Numbered from the stretch's first letter, positions 38,701-53,700 are shown. The stretch: DNA of 64,000 nt from the human T2T-CHM13v2.0 reference genome, Homo sapiens (GCF_009914755.1 NC_060927.1); one strand, 5' to 3'. Translations and numbers: made by a program. Notes: generated from the sequence alone by a model not told the origin.

Positions 38701-41700
38701 GTTTAAATATCCACTTGCAGACTTCACAAACAGAGTGTTTCCAAACTGCTCTATGAAAAGAAAGGGTAAACACTGTGAGTTGAACGCACACATCACAAAG
38801 TAGTTTCTGAGAATGATACTGTCTAGTTTTTATACGAAGATATTTCCTTTTGTACCATTGGCCTCATACTGCTAGAATTTTCCACTTGCAAATTCCACAA
38901 AAAGAGTGTTTCCAATCTGCTCTGTCTAAAGGAAGGTTCAACTCTGTGAGTTGAGTACACACACACACAAAGAAGCTACTGAGAATTCTTTTGTCAAGAA
39001 TTATAAGAAGAAATCCCGTTTCCAACCAAGGCCCTCAAAGAGTTCCAAATATCCACTTGCACACTGCACAAACTAAGTCTTTCCATACTGCTCTATGCAA
39101 AGAAATGTTCAAATCTGTGAGTTTAATACACACATCACAAAGCAGTTTCTGAGAATGATACTGTCTAGTTTTTATACGAAGATATTTCCTTTTGTACCAT
39201 TGGCCTCATACTGCTAGAATTTGCCACTTGCAAATTCCACAAAAAGAGTGTTTCCAATCCGCTCTGTCTAAAGGAAGGTTCAACTCTCTGATTTGAATAC
39301 ATACATCCCAAAAGAAGTTACTGAGAATTCTTCTGTCTAGCATTATGTGAAGAAATCCCGTTTCCAACGAAAGCCTCAAAGAGGCCCAAATATCCAGTTG
39401 CAGCATTTACAAACTGACTGTTTCCAAACTCATCTATGAAAAGAAAGGTTAAACTCTGTGAGTTGAATGCACATATCACAAAGTAGTTCCTGAGAATGAT
39501 TCTGTCTAGTTTTTATACGAAGATATTTCCTTTTCCACCAATGGCCTCAAAGTGCTTGAAATCTCCCCTTGCAAATTCCACAGACAAGTGTCTCAAATCT
39601 GCACTGTCTAAAGGAAGGTTCAACCCTGTGAGTTGAATACACACACACAGAAAAAAATTCACTGAGAATTCTATTGTCTATCATTACACGAAGAAATCCC
39701 GTTTACTACGAAGGCCTCAAAGAGGTCCAAATATCCAGCTGCAGACATTACAAACTGAGTGTTTCCAAAGTGCTCTATGAAAAGAAGTGTTAAACACTGT
39801 GAGTTCAATGCACACATCCCAAAGCAGTTTCTGAGAATGATTCCGTCTATTTTTTCTACGAAGATATTTCCTTTTCTACCGTTGGCCTCAAAGCGCTTGA
39901 AATCTCCACTTGCAAATTCCACAAAAAGAGAGTTTCAAATCTGCTCTGTCTAAAGGAAGGTTCAACTCTGTGAGTTGAATACACACCACAAAAAGAAGTT
40001 ACTGAGAATTCTTCTGTCTAGCATTATATGAAAAATCCCGTTTCCAACGAAGGCCACAAAGAGGTCCAAATATCCACTTGCAGATTCTGCAAAAAGAGTG
40101 TTTCCAAACTGCTCTATGAAAAGAAACGTTAAACTCTGTGAGTTGAACGCAAACATCACAAAGTAGTTTCTGAGAATGACTCCGTCTAGTTTTTATACGA
40201 AGATATTTCCTTTTCTACCATTCACTTCAAAGCGCTTGAAGTCTCCCCCTGAAAATTCCACAAAAAGTGTTTCCAATCTGCTCCGCCTAAAGGAAGCTTC
40301 AACTCTGTGAGTTGAATACCCACAACCCAAAGAAGTTACTGAGAATTCTTCTGTCTAGCACTATATGAAGAAATCCCGTTTCCAACGAAGGCCTCAAATA
40401 CATCCAAATATCCAGTTGCTGACTTTACAAACTGAGTGTTTCCAAACTGCTCTATGAAAAGAAAGGTTAAACACTGTGAGTTGAACACACACGTACCAAA
40501 GTAGTTTCTGAGAATGATTCTGTCTAGTTTGCATACGAAGATATTTCCTTTTCTACCATTGGCCTCAAAGCTTTGAAATCTCCACTTGCAAATTCCACAA
40601 AAAGAGAGTTTCAACTCTGCTGTTTCTAAAGGAAAGTTCAACTCTGAGAGTTGAATACACACCAGAAAAAGCAGTTACTGAGAAGTCTTCTGTCTAGCAT
40701 TATATGAAGAAATCCCATTTCCAACGAAGACTTCAAAGAGGTCCAAATATCCACTTGCAGATTCTGCAAAAAGAGTGTTTCGAAACAACTGTATGAAAAG
40801 AAAGGTTAAACACTGTGAGTTGAACGCACACATTGCAAAGCAGTTTCTGAGAATGATTCCGTCTAATTATTATACGAAGGTATTTCCTTTTCTATCATTG
40901 GCCTCAAAGCGCTTGATACCTCCACCTGAAAATTCCACAAAAAGAGTGTTTCCAATCTACTCTGTCTAAAGGAACGTTCAACTCTGTGAGTTGAATACAC
41001 ACACACAGAAAGAATTCACTGAGAATTCTTCTGTCTGGCATTACATGAAGAAATCCCGTTTCCAACGAAGGCCTCAAAGAGGTCCAAATATCCACTTGCA
41101 GATTCTGCAAAAAGAGTGTTTCAAAACCGCTCCATTAAAAGGAATGTTGAACTCTGTGAGTTGAATGCAAACATCACAACTCAGTTTCTGAGAATGCTTC
41201 TGACTAGATTTTATGGTAAGATATTTCCTTTTCTACCGTAGGCTTCAATGCCCTGTAAACACACCCTTGCAAATTCTACAAAGAGACTGCTTCATAACTG
41301 CTCTATAGGAGGAAAGGTTCAACTCTGTGAGTTGAATGCAGAGATCACAACGTGGTTTCTGCGAATGATTCTTTGTAGTTTTTACATGAAGATATTTCGT
41401 TGTCTACCGTAGGCTTCAAAGCACTCAAAGTATTCACTTGGAACTTTCACAAAAAGAGTGTTAGAAACCTGCTCTTTCCAAAGTAAGGTTCAACTCTGTG
41501 AGTTGAATGCACACATAACAAACAAGAAGTTTCTGAGAATTCTTCTGTCCTGGTTTATATGAAGAAATCCCGTTTCCAACGAAGGCCTCAAAGACGTTTA
41601 AATATCCACTTGCAGACTTCACAAACAGAGTGTTTCCAAACTGCTCTATGAAAAGAAAGGGTAAACACTGTGAGTTGAACGCACACATCACAAAGTAGTT

Positions 41701-44700
41701 TCTGAGAATGATACTGTCTAGTTTTTATACGAAGATATTTCCTTTTGTACCATTGGCCTCATACTGCTAGAATTTTCCACTTGCAAATTCCACAAAAAGA
41801 GTGTTTCCAATCTGCTCTGTCTAAAGGAAGGTTCAACTCTGTGAGTTGAGTACACACACACAAAGAAGCTACTGAGAATTCTTTTGTCAAGAATTATAAG
41901 AAGAAATCCCGTTTCCAACCAAGGCCTCAAAGAGTTCCAAATATCCACTTGCACACTGCACAAACTAAGTCTTTCCATACTGCTCTATGCAAAGAAATGT
42001 TCAAATCTGTGAGTTTAATACACACATCACAAAGCAGTTTCTGAGAATGATACTGTCTAGTTTTTATACGAAGATATTTCCTTTTGTACCATTGGCCTCA
42101 TACTGCTAGAATTTTCCACTTGCAAATTCCACAAAAAGAGTGTTTCCAATCCGCTCTGTCTAAAGGAAGGTTCAACTCTCTGATTTGAATACATACATCC
42201 CAAAAGAAGTTACTGAGAATTCTTCTGTCTAGCATTATGTGAAGAAATCCCGTTTCCAACGAAAGCCTCAAAGAGGCCCAAATATCCAGTTGCAGCATTT
42301 ACAAACTGACTGTTTCCAAACTCATCTATGAAAAGAAAGGTTAAACTCTGTGAGTTGAATGCACATATCACAAAGTAGTTCCTGAGAATGATTCTGTCTA
42401 GTTTTTATACGAAGATATTTCCTTTTCCACCAATGGCCTCAAAGTGCTTGAAATCTCCCCTTGCAAATTCCACAGACAAGTGTCTCAAATCTGCACTGTC
42501 TAAAGGAAGGTTCAACCCTGTGAGTTGAATACACACACACAGAAAAAAATTCACTGAGAATTCTATTGTCTATCATTACACGAAGAAATCCCGTTTACTA
42601 CGAAGGCCTCAAAGAGGTCCAAATATCCAGCTGCAGACATTACAAACTGAGTGTTTCCAAAGTGCTCTATGAAAAGAAGTGTTAAACACTGTGAGTTCAA
42701 TGCACACATCCCAAAGCAGTTTCTGAGAATGATTCCGTCTATTTTTTCTACGAAGATATTTCCTTTTCTACCGTTGGCCTCAAAGCGCTTGAAATCTCCA
42801 CTTGCAAATTCCACAAAAAGAGAGTTTCAAATCTGCTCTGTCTAAAGGAAGGTTCAACTCTGTGAGTTGAATACACACCACAAAAAGAAGTTACTGAGAA
42901 TTCTTCTGTCTAGCATTATATGAAAAATCCCGTTTCCAACGAAGGCCACAAAGAGGTCCAAATATCCACTTGCAGATTCTGCAAAAAGAGTGTTTCCAAA
43001 CTGCTCTATGAAAAGAAACGTTAAACTCTGTGAGTTGAACGCAAACATCACAAAGTAGTTTCTGAGAATGACTCCGTCTAGTTTTTATACGAAGATATTT
43101 CCTTTTCTACCATTCACTTCAAAGCGCTTGAAGTCTCCCCCTGAAAATTCCACAAAAAGTGTTTCCAATCTGCTCCGCCTAAAGGAAGCTTCAACTCTGT
43201 GAGTTGAATACCCACAACCCAAAGAAGTTACTGAGAATTCTTCTGTCTAGCACTATATGAAGAAATCCCGTTTCCAACGAAGGCCTCAAATACATCCAAA
43301 TATCCAGTTGCTGACTTTACAAACTGAGTGTTTCCAAACTGCTCTATGAAAAGAAAGGTTAAACACTGTGACTTGAACACACACGTACCAAAGTAGTTTC
43401 TGAGAATGATTCTGTCTAGTTTGCATACGAAGATATTTCCTTTTCTACCATTGGCCTCAAAGCTTTGAAATCTCCACTTGCAAATTCCACAAAAAGAGAG
43501 TTTCAACTCTGCTGTTTCTAAAGGAAAGTTCAACTCTGAGAGTTGAATACACACCAGAAAAAGCAGTTACTGAGAAGTCTTCTGTCTAGCATTATATGAA
43601 GAAATCCCATTTCCAACGAAGACTTCAAAGAGGTCCAAATATCCACTTGCAGATTCTGCAAAAAGAGTGTTTCGAAACAACTGTATGAAAAGAAAGGTTA
43701 AACACTGTGAGTTGAACGCACACATTGCAAAGCAGTTTCTGAGAATGATTCCGTCTAATTATTATACGAAGGTATTTCCTTTTCTATCATTGGCCTCAAA
43801 GCGCTTGATACCTCCACCTGAAAATTCCACAAAAAGAGTGTTTCCAATCTACTCTGTCTAAAGGAACGTTCAACTCTGTGAGTTGAATACACACACACAG
43901 AAAGAATTCACTGAGAATTCTTCTGTCTGGCATTACATGAAGAAATCCCGTTTCCAACGAAGGCCTCAAAGAGGTCCAAATATCCACTTGCAGATTCTGC
44001 AAAAAGAGTGTTTCAAAACCGCTCCATTAAAAGGAATGTTGAACTCTGTGAGTTGAATGCAAACATCACAACTCAGTTTCTGAGAATGCTTCTGACTAGA
44101 TTTTATGGTAAGATATTTCCTTTTCTACCGTAGGCTTCAATGCCCTCTAAATACACCCTTGCAAATTCTACAAAGAGACTGCTTCATAACTGCTCTATAG
44201 GAGGAAAGGTTCAACTCTGTGAGTTGAATGCAGAGATCACAACGTGGTTTCTGCGAATGATTCTTTGTAGTTTTTACATGAAGATATTTCGTTGTCTACC
44301 GTAGGCTTCAAAGCACTCAAAGTATTCACTTGGAACTTTCACAAAAAGAGTGTTAGAAAACTGCTCTTTCCAAAGTAAGGTTCAACTCTGTGAGTTGAAT
44401 GCACACATAACAAACAAGAAGTTTCTGAGAATTCTTCTGTCCTGGTTTATATGAAGAAATCCCGTTTCCAACGAAGGCCTCAAAGACGTTTAAATATCCA
44501 CTTGCAGACTTCACAAACAGAGTGTTTCCAAACTGCTCTATGAAAAGAAAGGGTAAACACTGTGAGTTGAACGCACACATCACAAAGTAGTTTCTGAGAA
44601 TGATACTGTCTAGTTTTTATACGAAGATATTTCCTTTTGTACCATTGGCCTCATACTGCTAGAATTTTCCACTTGCAAATTCCACAAAAAGAGTGTTTCC

Positions 44701-47700
44701 AATCTGCTCTGTCTAAAGGAAGGTTCAACTCTGTGAGTTGAGTACACACACACAAAGAAGCTACTGAGAATTCTTTTGTCAAGAATTATAAGAAGAAATC
44801 CCGTTTCCAACCAAGGCCTCAAAGAGTTCCAAATATCCACTTGCACACTGCACAAACTAAGTCTTTCCATACTGCTCTATGCAAAGAAATGTTCAAATCT
44901 GTGAGTTTAATACACACATCACAAAGCAGTTTCTGAGAATGATACTGTCTAGTTTTTATACGAAGATATTTCCTTTTGTACCATTGGCCTCATACTGCTA
45001 GAATTTTCCACTTGCAAATTCCACAAAAAGAGTGTTTCCAATCCGCTCTGTCTAAAGGAAGGTTCAACTCTCTGATTTGAATACATACATCCCAAAAGAA
45101 GTTACTGAGAATTCTTCTGTCTAGCATTATGTGAAGAAATCCCGTTTCCAACGAAAGCCTCAAAGAGGCCCAAATATCCAGTTGCAGCATTTACAAACTG
45201 ACTGTTTCCAAACTCATCTATGAAAAGAAAGGTTAAACTCTGTGAGTTGAATGCACATATCACAAAGTAGTTCCTGAGAATGATTCTGTCTAGTTTTTAT
45301 ACGAAGATATTTCCTTTTCCACCAATGGCCTCAAAGTGCTTGAAATCTCCCCTTGCAAATTCCACAGACAAGTGTCTCAAATCTGCACTGTCTAAAGGAA
45401 GGTTCAACCCTGTGAGTTGAATACACACACACAGAAAAAAATTCACTGAGAATTCTATTGTCTATCATTACACGAAGAAATCCCGTTTACTACGAAGGCC
45501 TCAAAGAGGTCCAAATATCCAGCTGCAGACATTACAAACTGAGTGTTTCCAAAGTGCTCTATGAAAAGAAGTGTTAAACACTGTGAGTTCAATGCACACA
45601 TCCCAAAGCAGTTTCTGAGAATGATTCCGTCTATTTTTTCTACGAAGATATTTCCTTTTCTACCGTTGGCCTCAAAGCGCTTGAAATCTCCACTTGCAAA
45701 TTCCACAAAAAGAGAGTTTCAAATCTGCTCTGTCTAAAGGAAGGTTCAACTCTGTGAGTTGAATACACACCACAAAAAGAAGTTACTGAGAATTCTTCTG
45801 TCTAGCATTATATGAAAAATCCCGTTTCCAACGAAGGCCACAAAGAGGTCCAAATATCCACTTGCAGATTCTGCAAAAAGAGTGTTTCCAAACTGCTCTA
45901 TGAAAAGAAACGTTAAACTCTGTGAGTTGAACGCAAACATCACAAAGTAGTTTCTGAGAATGACTCCGTCTAGTTTTTATACGAAGATATTTCCTTTTCT
46001 ACCATTCACTTCAAAGCGCTTGAAGTCTCCCCCTGAAAATTCCACAAAAAGTGTTTCCAATCTGCTCCGCCTAAAGGAAGCTTCAACTCTGTGAGTTGAA
46101 TACCCACAACCCAAAGAAGTTACTGAGAATTCTTCTGTCTAGCACTATATGAAGAAATCCCGTTTCCAACGAAGGCCTCAAATACATCCAAATATCCAGT
46201 TGCTGACTTTACAAACTGAGTGTTTCCAAACTGCTCTATGAAAAGAAAGGTTAAACACTGTGAGTTGAACACACACGTACCAAAGTAGTTTCTGAGAATG
46301 ATTCTGTCTAGTTTGCATACGAAGATATTTCCTTTTCTACCATTGGCCTCAAAGCTTTGAAATCTCCACTTGCAAATTCCACAAAAAGAGAGTTTCAACT
46401 CTGCTGTTTCTAAAGGAAAGTTCAACTCTGAGAGTTGAATACACACCAGAAAAAGCAGTTACTGAGAAGTCTTCTGTCTAGCATTATATGAAGAAATCCC
46501 ATTTCCAACGAAGACTTCAAAGAGGTCCAAATATCCACTTGCAGATTCTGCAAAAAGAGTGTTTCGAAACAACTGTATGAAAAGAAAGGTTAAACACTGT
46601 GAGTTGAACGCACACATTGCAAAGCAGTTTCTGAGAATGATTCCGTCTAATTATTATACGAAGGTATTTCCTTTTCTATCATTGGCCTCAAAGCGCTTGA
46701 TACCTCCACCTGAAAATTCCACAAAAAGAGTGTTTCCAATCTACTCTGTCTAAAGGAACGTTCAACTCTGTGAGTTGAATACACACACACAGAAAGAATT
46801 CACTGAGAATTCTTCTGTCTGGCATTACATGAAGAAATCCCGTTTCCAACGAAGGCCTCAAAGAGGTCCAAATATCCACTTGCAGATTCTGCAAAAAGAG
46901 GGTTTCAAAACCGCTCCATTAAAAGGAATGTTGAACTCTGTGAGTTGAATGCAAACATCACAACTCAGTTTCTGAGAATGCTTCTGACTAGATTTTATGG
47001 TAAGATATTTCCTTTTCTACCGTAGGCTTCAATGCCCTCTAAATACACCCTTGCAAATTCTACAAAGAGACTGCTTCATAACTGCTCTATAGGAGGAAAG
47101 GTTCAACTCTGTGAGTTGAATGCAGAGATCACAACGTGGTTTCTGCGAATGATTCTTTGTAGTTTTTACATGAAGATATTTCGTTGTCTACCGTAGGCTT
47201 CAAAGCACTCAAAGTATTCACTTGGAACTTTCACAAAAAGAGTGTTAGAAAACTGCTCTTTCCAAAGTAAGGTTCAACTCTGTGAGTTGAATGCACACAT
47301 AACAAACAAGAAGTTTCTGAGAATTCTTCTGTCCTGGTTTATATGAAGAAATCCCGTTTCCAACGAAGGCCTCAAAGACGTTTAAATATCCACTTGCAGA
47401 CTTCACAAACAGAGTGTTTCCAAACTGCTCTATGAAAAGAAAGGGTAAACACTGTGAGTTGAACGCACACATCACAAAGTAGTTTCTGAGAATGATACTG
47501 TCTAGTTTTTATACGAAGATATTTCCTTTTGTACCATTGGCCTCATACTGCTAGAATTTTCCACTTGCAAATTCCACAAAAAGAGTGTTTCCAATCTGCT
47601 CTGTCTAAAGGAAGGTTCAACTCTGTGAGTTGAGTACACACACACACAAAGAAGCTACTGAGAATTCTTTTGTCAAGAATTATAAGAAGAAATCCCGTTT

Positions 47701-50700
47701 CCAACCAAGGCCTCAAAGAGTTCCAAATATCCACTTGCACACTGCACAAACTAAGTCTTTCCATACTGCTCTATGCAAAGAAATGTTCAAATCTGTGAGT
47801 TTAATACACACATCACAAAGCAGTTTCTGAGAATGATACTGTCTAGTTTTTATACGAAGATATTTCCTTTTGTACCATTGGCCTCATACTGCTAGAATTT
47901 TCCACTTGCAAATTCCACAAAAAGAGTGTTTCCAATCCGCTCTGTCTAAAGGAAGGTTCAACTCTCTGATTTGAATACATACATCCCAAAAGAAGTTACT
48001 GAGAATTCTTCTGTCTAGCATTATGTGAAGAAATCCCGTTTCCAACGAAAGCCTCAAAGAGGCCCAAATATCCAGTTGCAGCATTTACAAACTGACTGTT
48101 TCCAAACTCATCTATGAAAAGAAAGGTTAAACTCTGTGAGTTGAATGCACATATCACAAAGTAGTTCCTGAGAATGATTCTGTCTAGTTTTTATACGAAG
48201 ATATTTCCTTTTCCACCAATGGCCTCAAAGTGCTTGAAATCTCCCCTTGCAAATTCCACAGACAAGTGTCTCAAATCTGCACTGTCTAAAGGAAGGTTCA
48301 ACCCTGTGAGTTGAATACACACACACAGAAAAAAATTCACTGAGAATTCTATTGTCTATCATTACACGAAGAAATCCCGTTTACTACGAAGGCCTCAAAG
48401 AGGTCCAAATATCCAGCTGCAGACATTACAAACTGAGTGTTTCCAAAGTGCTCTATGAAAAGAAGTGTTAAACACTGTGAGTTCAATGCACACATCCCAA
48501 AGCAGTTTCTGAGAATGATTCCGTCTATTTTTTCTACGAAGATATTTCCTTTTCTACCGTTGGCCTCAAAGTGCTTGAAATCTCCACTTGCAAATTCCAC
48601 AAAAAGAGAGTTTCAAATCTGCTCTGTCTAAAGGAAGGTTCAACTCTGTGAGTTGAATACACACCACAAAAAGAAGTTACTGAGAATTCTTCTGTCTAGC
48701 ATTATATGAAAAATCCCGTTTCCAACGAAGGCCACAAAGAGGTCCAAATATCCACTTGCAGATTCTGCAAAAAGAGTGTTTCCAAACTGCTCTATGAAAA
48801 GAAACGTTAAACTCTGTGAGTTGAACGCAAACATCACAAAGTAGTTTCTGAGAATGACTCCGTCTAGTTTTTATACGAAGATATTTCCTTTTCTACCATT
48901 CACTTCAAAGCGCTTGAAGTCTCCCCCTGAAAATTCCACAAAAAGTGTTTCCAATCTGCTCCGCCTAAAGGAAGCTTCAACTCTGTGACTTGAATACCCA
49001 CAACCCAAAGAAGTTACTGAGAATTCTTCTGTCTAGCATTATATGAAGAAATCCCGTTTCCAACGAAGGCCTCAAATACATCCAAATATCCAGTTGCTGA
49101 CTTTACAAACTGAGTGTTTCCAAACTGCTCTATGAAAAGAAAGGTTAAACACTGTGAGTTGAACACACACGTACCAAAGTAGTTTCTGAGAATGATTCTG
49201 TCTAGTTTGCATACGAAGATATTTCCTTTTCTACCATTGGCCTCAAAGCTCTGAAATCTCCACTTGCAAATTCCACAAAAAGAGAGTTTCAAATCTGCTG
49301 TTTGTAAAGGAAAGTTCAACTCTGAGAGTTGAATACACACCAGAAAAAGCAGTTACTGAGAAGTCTTCTGTCTAGCATTATATGAAGAAATCCCATTTCC
49401 AACGAAGACTTCAAAGAGGTCCAAATATCCACTTGCAGATTCTGCAAAAAGAGTGTTTCGAAACAACTGTATGAAAAGAAAGGTTAAACACTGTGAGTTG
49501 AACGCACACATTGCAAAGCAGTTTCTGAGAATGATTCCGTCTAATTATTATACGAAGGTATTTCCTTTTCTATCATTGGCCTCAAAGCGCTTGATACCTC
49601 CACCTGAAAATTCCACAAAAAGAGTGTTTCCAATCTACTCTGTCTAAAGGAACGTTCAACTCTGTGAGTTGAATACACACACACAGAAAGAATTCACTGA
49701 GAATTCTTCTGTCTGGCATTACATGAAGAAATCCCGTTTCCAACGAAGGCCTCAAAGAGGTCCAAATATCCACTTGCAGATTCTGCAAAAAGAGTGTTTC
49801 AAAACCGCTCCATTAAAAGGAATGTTGAACTCTGTGAGTTGAATGCAAACATCACAACTCAGTTTCTGAGAATGCTTCTGACTAGATTTTATGGTAAGAT
49901 ATTTCCTTTTCTACCGTAGGCTTCAATGCCCTGTAAATACACCCTTGCAAATTCTACAAAGAGACTGTTTCATAACTGCTCTATAGGAGGAAAGGTTCAA
50001 CTCTGTGAGTTGAATGCAGAGATCACAACGTGGTTTCTGTGAATGATTCTTTGTAGTTTTTACATGAAGATATTTCGTTGTCTACCGTAGGCTTCAAAGC
50101 ACTCAAAGTATTCACTTGGAACTTTTACAAAAAGAGTGTTAGAAAACTGCTCTTTCCAAAGTAAGGTTCAACTCTGTGAGTTGAATGCACACATAACAAA
50201 CAAGAAGTTTCTGAGAATTCTTCTGTCCTGGTTTATATGAAGAAATCCCGTTTCCAACGAAGGCCTCAAAGACGTTTAAATATCCACTTGCAGACTTCAC
50301 AAACAGAGTGTTTCCAAACTGCTCTATGAAAAGAAAGGGTAAACACTGTGAGTTGAACGCACACCTCACAAAGTAGTTTCTGAGAATGATACTGTCTAGT
50401 TTTTATACGAAGATATTTCCTTTTGTACCACTGGCCTCATACTGCTAGAATTTTCCACTTGCAAATTCCACAAAAAGAGTGTTTCCAATCTGCTCTGTCT
50501 AAAGGAAGGTTCAACTCTGTGAGTTGAGTACACACACACAAAGAAGCTACTGAGAATTCTTTTGTCAAGAATTATAAGAAGAAATCCCGTTTCCAACCAA
50601 GGCCTCAAAGAGTTCCAAATATCCACTTGCACACTGCACAAACTAAGTCTTTCCATACTGCTCTATGCAAAGAAATGTTCAACTCTGTGAGTTTAATACA

Positions 50701-53700
50701 CACATCACAAAGCAGTTTCTGAGAATGATACTGTCTAGTTTTTATACGAAGATATTTCCTTTTGTACCATTGGCCTCATACTGCTAGAATTTTCCACTTG
50801 CAAATTCCACAAAAAGAGTGTTTCCAATCCGCTCTGTCTAAAGGAAGGTTCAACTCTCTGATTTGAATACATACATCCCAAAAAAAGTTACTGAGAATTC
50901 TTCTGTCTAGCATTATGTGAAGAAATCCCGTTTCCAACGAAAGCCTCAAAGAGGCCCAAATATCCAGTTGCAGCATTTACAAACTGACTGTTTCCAAACT
51001 CATCTATGAAAAGAAAGGTTAAACTCTGTGAGTTGAATGCACATATCACAAAGTAGTTCCTGAGAATGATTCTGTCTAGTTTTTATACGAAGATATTTCC
51101 TTTTCCACCAATGGCCTCAAAGTGCTTGAAATCTCCCCTTGCAAATTCCACAGACAAGTGTCTCAAATCTGCACTGTCTAAAGGAAGGTTCAACCCTGTG
51201 AGTTGAATACACACACACAGAAAAAAATTCACTGAGAATTCTATTGTCTATCATTACACGAAGAAATCCCGTTTACTACGAAGGCCTCAAAGAGGTCCAA
51301 ATATCCAGCTGCAGACATTACAAACTGAGTGTTTCCAAAGTGCTCTATGAAAAGAAGTGTTAAACACTGTGAGTTCAATGCACACATCCCAAAGCAGTTT
51401 CTGAGAATGATTCCGTCTATTTTTTCTACGAAGATATTTCCTTTTCTACCGTTGGCCTCAAAGCGCTTGAAATCTCCACTTGCAAATTCCACAAAAAGAG
51501 AGTTTCAAATCTGCTCTGTCTAAAGGAAGGTTCAACTCTGTGAGTTGAATACACACCACAAAAAGAAGTTACTGAGAATTCTTCTGTCTAGCATTATATG
51601 AAAAATCCCGTTTCCAACGAAGGCCACAAAGAGGTCCAAATATCCACTTGCAGATTCTGCAAAAAGAGTGTTTCCAAACTGCTCTATGAAAAGAAACGTT
51701 AAACTCTGTGAGTTGAACGCAAACATCACAAAGTAGTTTCTGAGAATGACTCCGTCTAGTTTTTATACGAAGATATTTCCTTTTCTACCATTCACTTCAA
51801 AGCGCTTGAAGTCTCCCCCTGAAAATTCCACAAAAAGTGTTTCCAATCTGCTCCGCCTAAAGGAAGCTTCAACTCTGTGAGTTGAATACCCACAACCCAA
51901 AGAAGTTACTGAGAATTCTTCTGTCTAGCACTATATGAAGAAATCCCGTTTCCAACGAAGGCCTCAAATACTTCCAAATATCCAGTTGCTGACTTTACAA
52001 ACTGGGTGTTTCCAAACTGCTCTATGAAAAGAAAGGTTAAACACTGTGAGTTGAACACACACGTACCAAAGTAGTTTCTGAGAATGATTCTGTCTAGTTT
52101 GCATACGAAGATATTTCCTTTTCTACCATTGGCCTCAAAGCTTTGAAATCTCCACTTGCAAATTCCACAAAAAGAGAGTTTCAACTCTGCTGTTTCTAAA
52201 GGAAAGTTCAACTCTGAGAGTTGAATACACACCAGAAAAAGCAGTTACTGAGAAGTCTTCTGTCTAGCATTATATGAAGAAATCCCATTTCCAACGAAGA
52301 CTTCAAAGAGGTCCAAATATCCACTTGCAGATTCTGCAAAAAGAGTGTTTCGAAACAACTGTATGAAAAGAAAGGTTAAACACTGTGAGTTGAACGCACA
52401 CATTGCAAAGCAGTTTCTGAGAATGATTCCGTCTAATTATTATACGAAGGTATTTCCTTTTCTATCATTGGCCTCAAAGCGCTTGATACCTCCACCTGAA
52501 AATTCCACAAAAAGAGTGTTTCCAATCTACTCTGTCTAAAGGAACGTTCAACTCTGTGAGTTGAATACACACACACAGAAAGAATTCACTGAGAATTCTT
52601 CTGTCTGGCATTACATGAAGAAATCCCGTTTCCAACGAAGGCCTCAAAGAGGTCCAAATATCCACTTGCAGATTCTGCAAAAAGAGTGTTTCAAAACCGC
52701 TCCATTAAAAGGAATGTTGAACTCTGTGAGTTGAATGCAAACATCACAACTCAGTTTCTGAGAATGCTTCTGACTAGATTTTATGGTAAGATATTTCCTT
52801 TTCTACCGTAGGCTTCAATGCCCTGTAAATACACCCTTGCAAATTCTACAAAGAGACTGCTTCATAACTGCTCTATAGGAGGAAAGGTTCAACTCTGTGA
52901 GTTGAATGCAGAGATCACAACGTGGTTTCTGCGAATGATTCTTTGTAGTTTTTACATGAAGATATTTCGTTGTCTACCGTAGGCTTCAAAGCACTCAAAG
53001 TATTCACTTGGAACTTTCACAAAAAGAGTGTTAGAAAACTGCTCTTTCCAAAGTAAGGTTCAACTCTGTGAGTTGAATGCACACATAACAAACAAGAAGT
53101 TTCTGAGAATTCTTCTGTCCTGGTTTATATGAAGAAATCCCGTTTCCAACGAAGGCCTCAAAGACGTTTAAATATCCACTTGCAGACTTCACAAACAGAG
53201 TGTTTCCAAACTGCTCTATGAAAAGAAAGGGTAAACACTGTGAGTTGAACGCACACCTCACAAAGTAGTTTCTGAGAATGATACTGTCTAGTTTTTATAC
53301 GAAGATATTTCCTTTTGTACCATTGGCCTCATACTGCTAGAATTTTCCACTTGCAAATTCCACAAAAAGAGTGTTTCCAATCTGCTCTGTCTAAAGGAAG
53401 GTTCAACTCTGTGAGTTGAGTACACACACACAAAGAAGCTACTGAGAATTCTTTTGTCAAGAATTATAAGAAGAAATCCCCTTTCCAACCAAGGCCTCAA
53501 AGAGTTCCAAATATCCACTTGCACACTGCACAAACTAAGTCTTTCCATACTGCTCTATGCAAAGAAATGTTCAACTCTGTGAGTTTAATACACACATCAC
53601 AAAGCAGTTTCTGAGAATGATACTGTCTAGTTTTTATACGAAGATATTTCCTTTTGTACCATTGGCCTCATACTGCTAGAATTTTCCACTTGCAAATTCC

